A stretch of DNA of 64,000 bases from Tubulanus polymorphus (GCF_964204645.1 NC_134033.1:7138655-7202654); one strand, 5' to 3'. Counted from the first letter of the stretch, positions 43,085 to 57,210 are shown. Numbers and translations are program-made. The notes: a model not told the origin generated them from the sequence alone.

Positions 43085-44729
43085 CTGCAACAAAAATCAA
43101 ATAATTAGAAAAGTTATTTGTTCCTCAGAAACAAAGTGTTTTGCTTAAGAGCTGATAATAGCAGTCACAATAGAATATGTTGAAACCATCTACAAGACTT
43201 AACACCCAACTTTAGTTATTTCAGATATTGACATGAAATTTTACTTGATATGCATTGTTGGACATACCAGCTCTTTATACAGCCATTTCTATAGCTGTTG
43301 ATCATTCATTCATATTAATCCATTAGCACTCAAGCCACCCGTGTTCCGCCCTGACTATTACTCCTCAAACAACCCGAATCTGCCCAGACACTTTTTTTCG
43401 TATGGTGTACAAAAACAGTTATGGTGGGATTCAAACCCAATAGCTTATGATAAACTACGCACCCAAGGCCTCGAAATACTGTCAAAAAATCAACATCCTC
43501 CTATTTTGATTCCTAGAGTATTTACAGTATGAACATGACAGATCTGGAATATAAGTCCCACAATCAGAGGAACAAAAAAGTTTTTTTTAACAAGAGGACT
43601 TCAAAGTCCTGGGGTTCGAAGAAGTCTGATGTACAAATTATAAATCACATAGAAGAAAGGCAAATTATGAAAAGAAATTGATATTCCATTAGAGAAGTTT
43701 GTTCAAAAAAATTCAATTTGTTTTCCGTTTGCATTGCGCACGTGGTAATGTTATTGTTTATATCTGACGTCATCGATAAAATGAGGCGCACAGCTGATAC
43801 TGCCTGTCAATCAACATAATTGGTTTACACTAAAAATGCGCTTACTTGAAAAACTATGTAGTGTATCAATCTAGAATTTTCGGCACAATATCCGATGCTA
43901 AATACCTTACTTTAAAGGTTTATTTGGTTTAAATCGGATCACAAATATTTCTAATATTTTGTTCTTAACTTTTGATGTGGAAGCCGGTGTCGGCACCAAC
44001 GTGTGTATGGCTGTACGTACGGGAACTGGCGCTTTAACAGGCTCAGCGTTGATGGTGTATTTATGCGCGAGTAGATGTAATGATTTGTTTTAACCAACCG
44101 CTAAATCGGCATTCATTACGCATGATTTTAGAAAATGATATTATTCAGAGTATTTGAATATATCTATCATGATAATTATAATATTCTTAAGACAAGCGAA
44201 TTACGTATGTGGACCTATTTCATTGAGGCGTATCACTCAATCTGAAAAAAAAAATCTTCCGATCCTGTCACGTGACTTCATGACTGCAACTTGACGATAG
44301 CTTAGGTTCTCATTCTTCGAACCAAAAATCGAAACTATTAAAATTTATTAATAATAATAACCCAAATTTTCGGTTTTATCCTAAAAACCATTTTCAAGAG
44401 TAACTGTTTCAGATCTTAGCGCTCACTTCAAATCCAAGTAAGTTTGAATGAATTTCGAGGGCCAAAAGGACACGATTTTGGTGGCCCACCTCATCAAATC
44501 TTATATCATATGAAAGCCTTGACTATCTACTAAAATAACACGATCTTGTAGTGCATGGAAATAAACAGCAAATGAGCTATTCAGTATCGTGATGAACTTG
44601 GATTTTCCCTAGAATTGTCTGAGGAGTAATTGACACTACATAGTGAAATTCCCGAGTGCTAATGGGTTAAGTAACTGACTAACATTAGACTACAGGAAAT
44701 ATTCTACACTTGTCAACATTCGAACATGA

Positions 44730-45800
44730 CGTGAGGGAGCTGAATTCTAATGAACAACTTGTCAGCCTGTACACAATATGGCCTTATCTAAACAGGATAT
44801 GTGTGGATATCATAAGGGGCCATGCAACCTAAGAACAGTAAGAATAGTCTTCTTTGACAAGCTTGCAAAAGACGCAGCCAAAGGAGGTTCAAACAGAGCC
44901 TCCTTTAACTTCTTTAAAATTATTGACAGATCCCATGGGAAACCTACTTTTGGTACTCAAGGGCCCCTAATTAAAACCCTGCAACAAGCTGGGAAATTCC
45001 ATGATCTTCTGTAACGTCCGCCCATCCGGAAGCCCACAAAGTATGGGCAATCGTGGAGCAGAGCAATGCATGCGAAGTGAATGGGAACCAGTCTACTTAT
45101 CGGCCTCAGATTGCACCAGAACGTGCCTGCTTGCATGAAATTTTGAAAATTTTCCCCAGACCCCCCCTTCCATTCCTAAAAACTAACTCCCCAAAAAAAA
45201 TCCTGAGGACGCCAATGGCCTCCTTGGATCCCATGATAAATGTGGCAGCCAACTCTAGAAAAAAGCCTGTAGCCGTTACCCTCGTTGGACAAGGTGAACA
45301 GATTTAACCACTGCCGGGTGCTGGGAAAAGCAATGGAAAGTTCGGGTTGAAATACAGGAGAAACCATTTCTGAGCTGGCTAACATGGAGCTATCAGAAAG
45401 ATATTGCAATTGACCTCTTTAGTTGCTTTAATACCCAGGGGAGGACTGATCCAGGGGAAGATTGGCAAATAGATCCAATAATGGATTGGCAAGCAAGTAT
45501 CCAATCTGTCCCCTCCTGGTGGAGTTCCAATTCTGTCTTCTGACGAAAGTGCACAAGCTATCATGGGAAATGCCCTCTGCCTGGCTGAAAAGAAGGACCA
45601 TCGCCAACAAATCTGTAAGGGTTTCTGAATGAGGGCCAGTGACACCCCTTGACGGAAACATCCTGTAAGTTGGACTGGACTAAACCCATGTGCCACAGGA
45701 ATCGGTGCAGAACGCCTCCTCTAAAGAGCTTGTGTGATGGACTGTCTGCCCCCATGAATTTTTCTCAACTCCACTGAAACTGGCATGCACCAACCTGAGA
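44730..45800 (-). pseudogene. Highly decayed DIRS-type retrotransposon remnant
   Basis: LLDLFA and IFLIAPC*PAQKWF (methyltransferase-like segment), followed by FPWDLSIILKKLKEALFEP..ASFASLSKKT (DIRS tyrosine recombinase N-terminal region), in the expected order. Confidence 0.55.
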
Positions 45801-46467
45801 AGAGACAAAGAGAGCCTATTGATTCAGAGATTTCGAAACCTAATCTGTCTAACAAACTTAGTACCCAGTATCCATGATCGACCGGCGGGATGCTAAAACG
45901 AGATTAGCCAGACCCCCAAATCGATAAAAGATTGGCATGCGAAACAAAACAAGCTAAGGATAGGATAACCCCGTCCATCACTTCTAACTTCTGAACTTCT
46001 TTAGTTGGAGCTCTATGAACGGCTGCAAGAATCACGCATTGCTCCCTTGTCAGGACTTAAACTTAATTACAAAATATGCATAGCTGCCAACATGAATAGA
46101 CATATTGTATATGATTCAATATTCAACTCCCCCTGGTGGCAATAACAAAACATTGGGTGATCCCATATTTCATTTAAGGTGATATATCCCAAGACAATAA
46201 GTTAAAGCCTGTTGATATTTATCTCAAAAAAAAACTTTTTTCATCTACGAATGAGGACTGATGACACTAAGATGGCCGTCAATTGTGTGATACTTGGCTG
46301 ATCGCAAAACCCCGTTGGTTTACTAAAGATCTCTTCTCAAAGAATATCCATCACAAATGTCAAAAGAAAATCACAAACCAATAGGAAGGTCTCGGAATTC
46401 AGGTCAAAATTTTCCTTTTGGGGCTCAAAAGAGGTGACAGGTTAGGGGATACAAATAAAATGAAAGA

Positions 46468-47345
46468 CAAGAGCCCCAAGGGGCACTATGGCCAGCCTGT
46501 CAGCTTTTCATAAAATGGCAAATGATGCATTCTGTGAGTTAAATTTGTCCAAATACACAGTCCTGCTCATAGACTAGTCAATCCCAGGCTTATAATTTAC
46601 ACAATTCAATCGTGTTTTCTTAAGTAGCACAGACAGCGACTGGAGCTGGCAGGACCAAATACCTCAGATAAATCTTTTCCCTTGGTCTTTTTGATTTGAA
46701 TGCGGAATAGAATTGAATTTCCTGAAATTTGCTCAATGAAACAAAATTGAATTGGATTTGCTGTTTTACCTTCCTCAATAAAGTAAAATTGAATTGATTT
46801 GATATCTTTTTTGCAGAACAAAATTTGATTGAATTTGCAGTCTGAGCACATGGCTAATTAGAGTATCAAGGTCATCCATCCGATTTGAGAAAAAGTGATT
46901 TTTCCCGGACTTTGCACAATTGTCAATGATATTTTCTGTAGTGCAAATGAAGATATTCCTCCCAAAAATTAAATCAACTAAAGATTTCACAGAAATCTAT
47001 ATTGAAATACAATTTTAGATCTTAAAATAAAACCCGGAAGTAAAACGCTAGACGATACTGCGATACCACGATACCTCATTATAGGAGTCTTTGCTTTCTG
47101 ATTGGCCTTTTAAAACAGATATTTTTGCGATCAGAATTTCGCAAAAAAGCTCATAAAATTTTTTTCGAGGCCCTCTTTCAAAATTCAGCTTCATTTGGGT
47201 TAGAGAATGGTTATTGCTCTAATGAATGATTTTTATGAATATATGCTCAGTTGCACAGTCAATGGGCCTTAGCTCTGGAAACCATGACATTTAAATTCGC
47301 TCCATTTGTATAGTAATAGGCTCAGCCTACGGCTGACCTAATAAA
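46468..47345 (+). mobile_element. Helentron-like element, family B
   Basis: Same 5' CAAGAGCCCCAAGGGGCAC and 3' GGCTCAGCCTACGGCTGACCT ends as 11070-13687; nested in family A sequence; a further partial copy at ~47690-48295. Confidence 0.75.
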
Positions 47346-48317
47346 AGTAATTGATTGAAACATCTTCAACATTTCCCATAAAAAATTCAAATGTGTGTAA
47401 GAAGTGCTGAGTCAAAGAGAATAGAACCATATGTGTAGTGTCTGCAGAACTGACAATGAATTCAAAGAAGTGGTTCGAAATGCTCAACAAACAAAAAATT
47501 TCAATATTCAAAGCCCCCTGGTGAATATTTTAAGGTTACAATGACCTTAAAACTCACCACAATCATAGACTAGAAAATTTCAAACATGTGGTCGGTTCTC
47601 CTGCTCCGTTAGGTTTGAATGACAAAGATTGTTTTTCATTAGACTGGCTATATTTTATAAGTAACGGTACTAACAGAGATACTGGGGCTGGCACGAACGA
47701 ATACCTCAGATCAATCTTTACTCATCGTCTAGTGAATACATTTGAATGTAGAGTAAAATAAAATGGAATTCGATGAATTTGAATTTTTTGCTCAATAAAG
47801 TTAAATTGACTTGGATTTGACATTTTGCGGAATAAGATTTTATTGAATTTGCAATTCGTGTACATGGCTAATTTGCATATCAAGGTCATATATCCGATTT
47901 GAGAAAAAGCTATTTTTCCCGAACAATTGTCAAGGATTCAGAAGTGCAAATAAAACTTCCTCTCAAAAACCAAATTGAGTAATCACAGGAATCGATCTTG
48001 AAATACAATTTTGAATCTTAAAATTAAACCTGCAAATAAAACAGTCATCGATACCGCGGAATCACGTGAACACCTGATGACTTCTGTGGCTAAGCCAATC
48101 ATAGTGGAGACAATGCTTTCTGATTGACTTTTTAAACCTGACAGCTTAGCATTCACGCTTGAATGCACGATTTGTATCATGAATATATGCCCAGGTTGCA
48201 CAATGAAAAAACCTTTCATTTGAAACCATATGGTCAATAAAATTTGCTGTATTTGTATAGTAATATATAGGCTCAGTGTACGGATGGCCTAAAAATCAAA
48301 ATCACTTCCCGTTATGT

Positions 48318-48665
48318 TATTAGGGTTTTCTGTTACTTCACAGAAAACCCTATTAAGATTTGCGTGTTTCTTATTATTATTATTTCATGTCACACTATTT
48401 TCAATAAAAGAACATAGGCTTTGTTACCTTGCCACTGTTGCCGATACAATCGGTACGATATCCTTCAGCTCACTTCGATCTACAAATACTCCATGCGTAT
48501 TTTGATAAATCAAAGTTACAAAAGCACTGTCGGGCCGTAAACATCGAAAATTGGGCCCCATTCAATGAGGCCACATGTTTTTCTGAGTCGTCATCCCGCA
48601 ATCCACCAGAGGCTGCTCGTCACTTCGATTATCAATTCAAGTGTAAATAAACAAATTTATTGCCG
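48318..48665 (-). repeat. Inverted copy of the 14940-15350 element end
   Basis: Reverse-complement match including the AGGGTTTTCTG..CAGAAAACCCT hairpin. Confidence 0.85.
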
Positions 48666-50625
48666 CTAGACGTCCTTGGTTTTCTTTGTACCCATATCAT
48701 GCCTTTCAGGTAGAAGCCCAACTTTCTGACCATGAACAGAACACTGCATCGCGTACACGCGATCGTGGTCGACACATTATCCAGACAAGATCAAGAATAC
48801 GAACAAGGTTGTGCAGAAAACCCGTTATTGCTGCTTTGCAGCTATATTTCTTACATTAGTCAACATACAGTGATGATAGTAAGAACAGCACCCTCATACA
48901 TCGGTGGCGCGCGTGTTAGCCTCTTCCATATCAAACAAACTAATCGGCAAAGTTTAATGTCAGGATAAAAAAAACTACCTTCTAGAAAGCGATTACCATA
49001 TATAAGTGCCTAAACTTGTCGAACGGATCACTTCAGCACTTTGACTAGTAACAACCAATCATAGCGTGGTTTCCCATAATCACGTCAGTGCGCTCGACAT
49101 AGCAGTGCAGTGCTGTCAATATGTGCCATAGTCTAGCCATAATCTTACAAGGAATTCTGTCAATTTTTACATCAAATGACGGAAATATTGGACAGCGCAA
49201 TAAACTTGATCTAACATTCAGTAGTACAAATGTGTAGAAAAGTGTAGACATTATGTGGTTACGGAGAAAACTGAACGGTAAGAATTTGACTGACCTAGGA
49301 GACAACATGACGTCATTTGAACAGGATAACGAAGTGGTCGTTCACTACGTGAACCGACCACAAAAATGTCACAAGCTACAATTTTGAAATTTATTGTGGT
49401 TACAAAAAATACAGTATGAAAAGTACTAAGTTATTCAGCTATTCAACGCCCCTTGGCGACCATATACATCAACTGGTGACCTAGAAACTCTTTACAATCA
49501 TAGAACATGTCATGAGCTACAAGTTATTCAGCTATTCAACATCCCCTGGTGACCATGTACAAAATCCAATGACCTTGAAACTTAAACACAATCATACAAC
49601 ATGTAATAAGCTACAACTTTGCAATCAGTTTTGGTTGCAAAGTATCCATAGGTTGCAAAGTATCCATCAATATTTTTTGGTAGGTATACTCCATGGACCA
49701 CACAAATCAAAGGTGCTAACTTTCAAGAATATCGCTGGTCCTTGAGGTGTCAAGAGCACTAACAAGGAATTCAAATGTACTTTGGGGTGGCCATATTGGA
49801 AGAATGAGAAATTTGATCTTGAAAAGGTGTTACCAGTGGACTTAACCCATTATACCTATCTAGTTGAGAAGAAATCTAGAAGAGAAACAAACTAGTAAGA
49901 CGTCTGCCTTGTTGGCTGCTTTGAAAGAGCGAAAAATTATAATAGAAGGTATGATCCATAGACGTAGCAAAGCATAACTAGTAACTTAAGGGAAAGAACA
50001 TCATTTGTAGTATCTACAGCACTAACAAGATAAAGGACCAATGGTCCAGTGGCTCCCCAAACTAGTGTGAAGTAAAGAATTTGCCATGCATAGGCTACTA
50101 GTACGCAAAAATTCATTTCATTGAAAGTTAGAAAAGAAAAAATATACATGTATCAGAAAGGACTTAATTTTGGTCAGTGATAACTGACTTTTTAACGAGA
50201 ATGAAATCTTCGAAAAATTGATTTTGGAAATTTTTGTCTCAACAAATTAATATTCATAATTTCAATACATTCATAGAATGACATATAAAACAACTAAAAC
50301 TATGAGTGACCCGGCAAAGTGAGAGCCTGGGTTTTCTTCAGAGGTTTTTCATTATCATACGGCCCAATAAGGACAGAAGCTCCCAAGTCTATGCAAATTT
50401 GAGGCCAGTGCCGGTTACTGACAAAATAAAGTTTATCGACTGACATGGTTGTTAATAATTTCACGATAGGATTGCTTTAAAGGGGAACTGCAGTCAAAAA
50501 ATTATAATTGGCCATTCATTTCTACTCTTGTTGTTGTTTAGCATAACACTAGTTGAAATTTCCTAATCAACTTGTATACAATAAGTAACGAGACGAGTAG
50601 TACTGTATAGGTTAACTATTTATTT

Positions 50626-50672
50626 GACGCACGAGCTTTCGCTTCTAATGAATAGAAGCTTCATCAGGTGAA
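50626..50672 (-). ncRNA. Minimal type I hammerhead ribozyme of the Penelope element
   Basis: Minus strand: CAC-CUGAUGA-A-GCUUCUA-uucau-UAGAAGC-GAAA-GCUC-GUG. Conserved core, 7-bp stem II, palindromic loopless stem III, 3-bp stem I; ~300 nt downstream of the GIY-YIG ORF. Confidence 0.75.
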
Positions 50673-50969
50673 TGAGTATAGTCAATAGAAAAACAACAGT
50701 ATTTATAGGTAGACTGACACTAATTACAGAGAACTGAAACTGAGTGAGAAGAGTAATTACAAATAAATGATGAGTGACATGATAATTAATAACTAAGTGA
50801 GTGAGTAGATAATCAATTAATTAAGGAACAACAAACTAAAACAAATCAAAGAGAAATAAATCAAAATGAAACTATATCAAAGTAAAATAAACAGATAGTA
50901 TCTAAGAGCAACGAATAACAAGAAATGGAAGTCCGAGATAAGTCCAGATACAATGAATAACAAACGAAA

Positions 50970-51492
50970 TAACGTTCTGTAGTGGGACATGAATCCTAGA
51001 TCGCCATTGAGGCCACGATTAACAGTATCACCGCGTTGAATAAGTTTTTTTTCCATGATTTCGCTCGAATGCTTATTAGAAGTGTTCATTTTATGTAACG
51101 CGGTCACTTTTAGGTTTCTGATTATGTGGTTCGGAAGATTGAAATGATAGGTTTATCCATTTTCTTGTGTCTGATCAAATTTGTGACCGTTCAAGCGTTG
51201 ACGTAATGTTTGTCCAGTTTCTCCGATGTAGATGGTTCCAGGGCACATATCGCATGTGATGGCATAAACAACGTTGGTGGAGTCGCATGTGTAGGGTCCA
51301 GTGACTTTGAGTTGTTGGTTGTTGGCTGCGGTGACGGTCGGTGATGAGTTGATGAGAGGGCAGAGTTGACATCTAGATTAGTTGCAGGGGCGCGTGTATT
51401 TGTTATCTGAGTCTTCTTCAGTGGATAGTTTGCTGCTGATGAGATGCTATGACGAAAAGCGTCTGCTACGTGGAGAAAATGGCGGCGGCCAA
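50970..51492 (-). pseudogene. Penelope-like element 3' end, GIY-YIG endonuclease
   Basis: RPCN*SRCQLCP..GPYTCDSTNVVYAITCDMCPGTIYIGETGQTLRQRLNGH..HFNLPNH..GLNGDLGFMSHY. Confidence 0.9.
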
Positions 51493-52786
51493 GCATTCTA
51501 CAAAACCCTCTTTTTTGGATAAAGTATTAGATGAAATGTTTTTTCTGCTGTTGTGAAAATGTATCTATAAAGGTTTCTAACATATATAGATACAAACATT
51601 TTTTCACTGCAGTTCCCCTTTAAGTAGGCAGGCAAGCTTACATCTTCACTCATAATCGTTGATACGCGCAACCTGCGCCTTGGCACGTGTTATCTATAAC
51701 AGATACATACACGCAGTGAACATGAGTATAAGGCGATATTGCCTACGCCACTGTTCACGACTGTTTTCAACGCGAACGTCCATCACTGTGCAGCGATTTA
51801 CAAACTAATACAAATAATCAGGCTCCAAAACAGATCGTTAATGCGAACGTCAATTAAATGACTTAAATCAATGATGATTAAACAAGTATTCCAGTCGTGT
51901 AAATATCAGACTAATCTCTAAAAATTCAATGCTACCATCTGTAAATCAGCCGTGTGGCAAACACAGAAGTAAATTTCCGCAATTTGAAACCAGAATTTCG
52001 TCAGATATCTTGATGCAATGTTACCTTATGCACGGGATTTCAAAACTAGATGAATTGTTGAACACATCGCACACAATAAATCATTATATCATACGCCTTG
52101 AGTATCAGTATTTTCGCGCTAGAAATGATGAATATGAACCTCTTCAATTGTGCCTCCATTTTGTTTAGCGCCTGCTGATCCACCTCATTTACATATTCAA
52201 CGAATGCTATGACGTCATGATGTAGTTCAAACCGGGTCAACACAAATTATATATAACCGAGATTTTGGGCGTTTCGTCTTTGAAAGCCCATAAATAACGA
52301 ACAAAGCGTCAGATCTCGACGAGATAAATTTCTTCCCACGCAAATAGCATTGAATTTTCACATGTGTAATTCTTGACACTTAAAGATGCTGCATAAAAAA
52401 TGTGCTCCGATAAATCGAATTTTTGACACTTTTGGTTAATTTCTCAAATAAATTGCCCATGTGTGGTGTACCTTGAAAAGTGTGGTTTACCTTGAAAGCT
52501 AGAGGTTGTTTGGAGAAAGGGCATTGCTTCAAAAATCTGAACAATTTGTGACGTCAAAATGCTAGAAGTTTATATTGTATTTCATCGTTCTTAAAGAATT
52601 ATTTTGTAGTCAACTAAGACCAAAGATAAACATTTGTTTATGGTCTACGTCCAAAATATCGTAGCGTACAAATTATTCAGCCTGTTATCATATCAAACGT
52701 GCACGCGCCAAGCAACATTACAGCATCACCATATAGTCATCACCAAATGACAATATCTTGAATAATGTCTGACAAATGAAAACAAA

Positions 52787-53487
52787 CAAGAGCCCTAAGG
52801 GGCACAACCGCTGTTGATTTTTCATGAATGGCAAAAAGTGCAATCTGTCGGTTATATTTCTCAAAATACACTTCCCGCTCAATATAAATTAAATGGTACA
52901 ATCATGTTTTCATAAGTAGCACAGACGGGGAAATGGCAGGAACAAAAACCTCAGATCAATCTTTTTCCTTGGTCTTATTGATTTGAATGAAATAAAATTG
53001 AAATGGATTTGATGTTATATTTGTTCAATTAAGTAAAACTGAATTGGATTTTTAAAATTTTTTTGCAAAATAAAAATTTGATTGAATTTGTAATTCGAGC
53101 AATGGCTAATTAGCATTACAAGGTCATCCAAATAAAATAAATAGCAAATAAAAATATTTCCCAAAAACCTCTATCTTAAAATAAAACCCAGCAGTAAAAC
53201 AATAGACGATACCATAGGTTCAAGTTCTGATTTCTGCGCTAAGCCAACCATAGAGGAGACTTTCCTTTCTGATTGAAACTGATATTTTTGCGTTCAGATT
53301 TTCGCAAAAAACCTCCCATATATTTTAACGAGGCCCTTTTTCAAAATTTAGCTCCCTAGGATTTGGAGAATGAATAATGCTTTAATGAATGATTTGTATG
53401 AATATATGCTCAGTTGCACAGTCTAAGCACTGGCAACTATATCATCTAAATTCGCTCCATTAGTATAGTAATAGGATGGCCTAAAAA
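52787..53487 (+). mobile_element. Helentron-like element, family B
   Basis: 5' CAAGAGCCCTAAGGGGCAC; 3' GTATAGTAATAGGATGGCCTAAAAA. Confidence 0.75.
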
Positions 53488-53610
53488 TGTTGTGAAAGTA
53501 TTTCGTGGTTAAAAGAACGCGAATGAAGGTTTTAATTCTACGTTTATAAGTAAAGGATTATGCTTCCTTTTTATTGAATTTTAGGGGGACACGATTTATG
53601 AGTCTAATTA

Positions 53611-54151
53611 CAGGGATGATAACAGGGCATCATTAAAAAGGCAGAAAATTTTAAATCTCGTAATAAAGAAAGCTGAGGCGTGAAGTTACTGGCGGCGTCA
53701 GGGGTCCTCCCCCAGAAAATTTTGATTTTTCACATTGTCTCATCATTTTTCAGCAGTTTTAAGATTGAAATTTCACTCAGAGAATCAAACAACATCGTCC
53801 AATGTTTTACCATTAACACACTGCTAGTTCCAAGACAAGTCCAGATGCTCATCATCTATTCATTTGCATAAGAAAAACACAAGACAAGTCCAGATGCTCA
53901 TCATCTATTCATTTGCATAAGAAAAACAATGTAGGCGGTGCTACGTTACGGGCCGCAAAAGCTGTTTTTCAGCACTACACGCGAGCACACGCATAAAAAC
54001 GCTTTTATGGTCATACCAATTTATCCTTAAGATGCCATTATCCCCACCACCCCCTCCCCATTTTTTTAAAGGATTTGCATCGATCTGAGAAATGATAAAA
54101 ATTGATTGAAAAGGCGGAAATCCGCCGAACGGTGGAATATCATCATCCCTG
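53611..54151. mobile_element. hAT-like MITE with 6-bp TSD
   Basis: TIR CAGGGATGAT / ATCATCCCTG; TSD TAATTA; internal 50-bp tandem duplication 53830-53928. Confidence 0.85.
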
Positions 54152-54271
54152 TAATTAGTAGCTAAAATGGAAAATTTTCACTGGTGGTATGAACAATTCC
54201 GCAATAGGTTATTTTATTAATTGGAATGTCAATTCTGGAATAGTTTGTCAGTCGCATGAGTTGCTGCTTAC

Positions 54272-54418
54272 ATAGTTGATGATGCTAAATTAGTGTCTTC
54301 ATGTTTCAACTTTCCATCGAGCGCGAGGCCACGTTTGTCTCTATTATTCAACAGCAGTGGAGTCAAATAGTAGACTTTACAGAAACCTTGAGTGCTCGGC
54401 TGTATTGGAAATCCTTCC
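54272..54418 (-). CDS. ARRB: Beta-arrestin exon (lariat/gate loop)
   Basis: ttctag|...|gtaagc, phase 2-2; [48 protein letters not shown]. Confidence 0.97.
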
Positions 54419-56395
54419 CTAGAAAAACAAAAACATTCATGGACATGAGATATCAAACAAACAGCCAATCACATTGCCTAATTTACAGATTTTTCAGTGC
54501 TTACAATATCATTGCATTCTAATTCATAGATCCTGTCCCATGTGATTAATGTGTGTTGTGATTAATGTATATCATGATATATCTAATTCCATTGAACGTT
54601 CTCAGGTTAACACATACTTACTCTTAAGATAAATCTAAACTGATAGAAAACAAGAATACATTGGATGATAAAACTTTGAGCAACTCAGCGATCGTGCTTA
54701 AAATTGCAAACTGGTGTACAAATTTTAATTTTAAAACTGAGAATTTATTCATTAAAAAAACATAAATATAAAATACATGACGTTTTGATTCAAATTTTAT
54801 AATTTGTACATAGTGGGTTTTTATCTTATCATCTGTTCACCACGTTTGAGTGTGGTTATTGTAGTATACAGTGAGTGTTAAGAACGCTTTACGATGCACC
54901 AGCAATTGTGTACTGCACCACTTCGCAAACAAGCCTGTTTTGTTATAATACTACCAATTAGGCCTGTGCCTAATCCTATTAAGTAGTCGTTGGAACTACC
55001 CGCCTCAGCATAATTGAAGAAACTCACGCCAGTTACGGTACCTTTTCTAAGCCTACAGCGAGGAGTTTGGCCTTTTTAACGAAGTTGAAAAAGATGGACC
55101 ACAAATTATTTGTTTTGACCTGCGACTTTAAGGTATGATTTAATTGATATGAGTATCAAATCTTAATTAGTTTCTGAAACTCAAGCTGTACGTACTATGG
55201 CGTACTTGACTACAACTAAAACTTCAGTGGGATATGGCTTCATTGAGTCACAATGATGGTTTGAACAGATCAACGCTGACACGGTGCCCATTCATAGATA
55301 AACTGCATCAATTTTTAGACCAAGAATCACGGAAATCCATCTAGAATTACAGGCTAAATCTATTTGATAGCCAATGACATAAATTTCAATAGGGTTTGAC
55401 ATTTCATCTCACTCAATCCTCACACCAAGTTTTATGGTAATTTATAAACAAGAAACGAAATTCTTAGTATGGACTTACCTAAATTGACATGAGTGTATGT
55501 TTAATCAGCATCAAAATTTAACATTGGTGCTGTAGAGATTTAAGAAGAACAAATGAAAAAGAGTGATAACTATTGGATTGAATTCAAATGATGGGAGAAA
55601 ATTGACTTTTTACGGACAATTACATCGACAATAATGACGGAAAATATCAAGAAAAAATGTCTTTTCTCAAATTATAAATGGAAACGCATGAAGTTTTGGC
55701 AGAATTTCAGAGAATCCGTGCTCCAAGTAATCAAAAATGCCTAAGTTGTCCCCCTTGATTGAATACAGAAGTTTTCATGAAAATCTGTCTATTGATACGA
55801 TCTCCATCACATACAACAGCATGACGATTCATCATGAATATAAATGGTAGCTAGTTCCCCACTCACTCAAATAGATACTCTCCACATTCATGGTGTGAAT
55901 ATTTCTATACACTGTGTACAAAGTTTGTTAGACAATTTATTTTCGTAAATTGAACAATTTCCAAGTTCCCAATTTTACTGCCCTTCTATTAAATTCACTG
56001 CTTTTCACGGCCAGCCGCGACGAACCCTGGCAGTTGAATAATTTGCAGTTTCCAGGAAAACTTAAGCGCATGGCCTTGTTAATAACTAGGCCACGAGCTT
56101 TTCATATACATGCGCAGATCAATACACCACATAGCAGCGAGTCTGTAACGAGCACTTGTTTGAAGCATAAATATACGTAAAAATGCATGTGTTCTCCTGA
56201 GACGAAAAGTAGTTCCAACAACAAATAAATAACTAAATTGATGAATAAGCAACCGATTCCGATGAAATTCAATAGGGTTAGAGCTTTTATTACTGCATTG
56301 AATGTTTTAAAGGTTATGAAGAGAAACTTAGCCTCGTTTGGACGTTATTTTGTACCAAAGGAAGAAAGTTTTATGCACCACCATAGTATATACAT

Positions 56396-57210
56396 GAAGA
56401 TGTCACTTTTTCGTACCGTAGCTATTTTGTAACTCTGTAGCTTATTTGCGCATAGGTTCCAATATTTGCTGTTAGGTGTCGTCTTAAGCACTTTTCCCCA
56501 CCCTTGCAATTAGTTTTTGTTGCATATTTTTCAATTGCAAAATACCAGGATTTTCACATAATTTTTCCAGATTTTTTCTCGTCAAACTCACTCTGACAAG
56601 TACAATAACAAAAGCAGTGGCAATTTACTGATCACTATCTGGAAAATTTGAAATGTGAAATAAGACTTTTTAGATTTTAACAGAGCTTGTATAAATCTAG
56701 CTCCAGTTTATGCATAGAATAGATCAAAATATTTTTACCAACACGTTATTGGATTTTTCAAACTTCTTCATAATTTTTCAATTAGACATGTATTTTGAAT
56801 CTGACCCCTGAAATATATTAAGGCCATTGAATTTTTTTCATGGATGAATGGATGTCTAAGAATTTCTCACAGATAGGAAGAAAGTATTTCGTGATTTCAA
56901 AGGTATCGTTGGACTCATACGTGTGATAAGTAATTGTGATGAAGTACTGTCGTCGATCAGACTGTATGGGCCATTTACATTTGGCAACATTAATTTAATG
57001 CGGCATAAAATTGAAATCAATCTACAGAACAAAAAAAAATATATATATATCAAAGTTTTCTCTCCTATCATTTATATAAAACTCTTGCACTAAGAATGAA
57101 AGATACAGCCAAAACGTTTCCATGGCGATACCTAACGGTGAACTCTGGAAGAAGCAACCAAATTAGCTACAATGTTACAGAATAGCTACCTAGCTTTAAA
57201 GATACACCTT
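56396..57210. mobile_element. Degenerate inverted-repeat element
   Basis: GTAGCTATTTTGTAAC (56418) versus GTTACAGAATAGCTAC (57174); ends not resolved. Confidence 0.5.

Larger units (their letters stand above)
50481..51619. mobile_element. Kolobok-type non-autonomous DNA transposon containing a Penelope fragment
   Basis: TIR AGGGGAACTGCAGT / ACTGCAGTTCCCCT; TTAA on both sides (50477-50480, 51620-51623). Confidence 0.8.

Noticed and set aside
56920-57021. Possible extra arrestin exon in ORF 56856-57071
   Set aside because: No arrestin similarity, phase incompatible, and it lies inside an inverted-repeat element.
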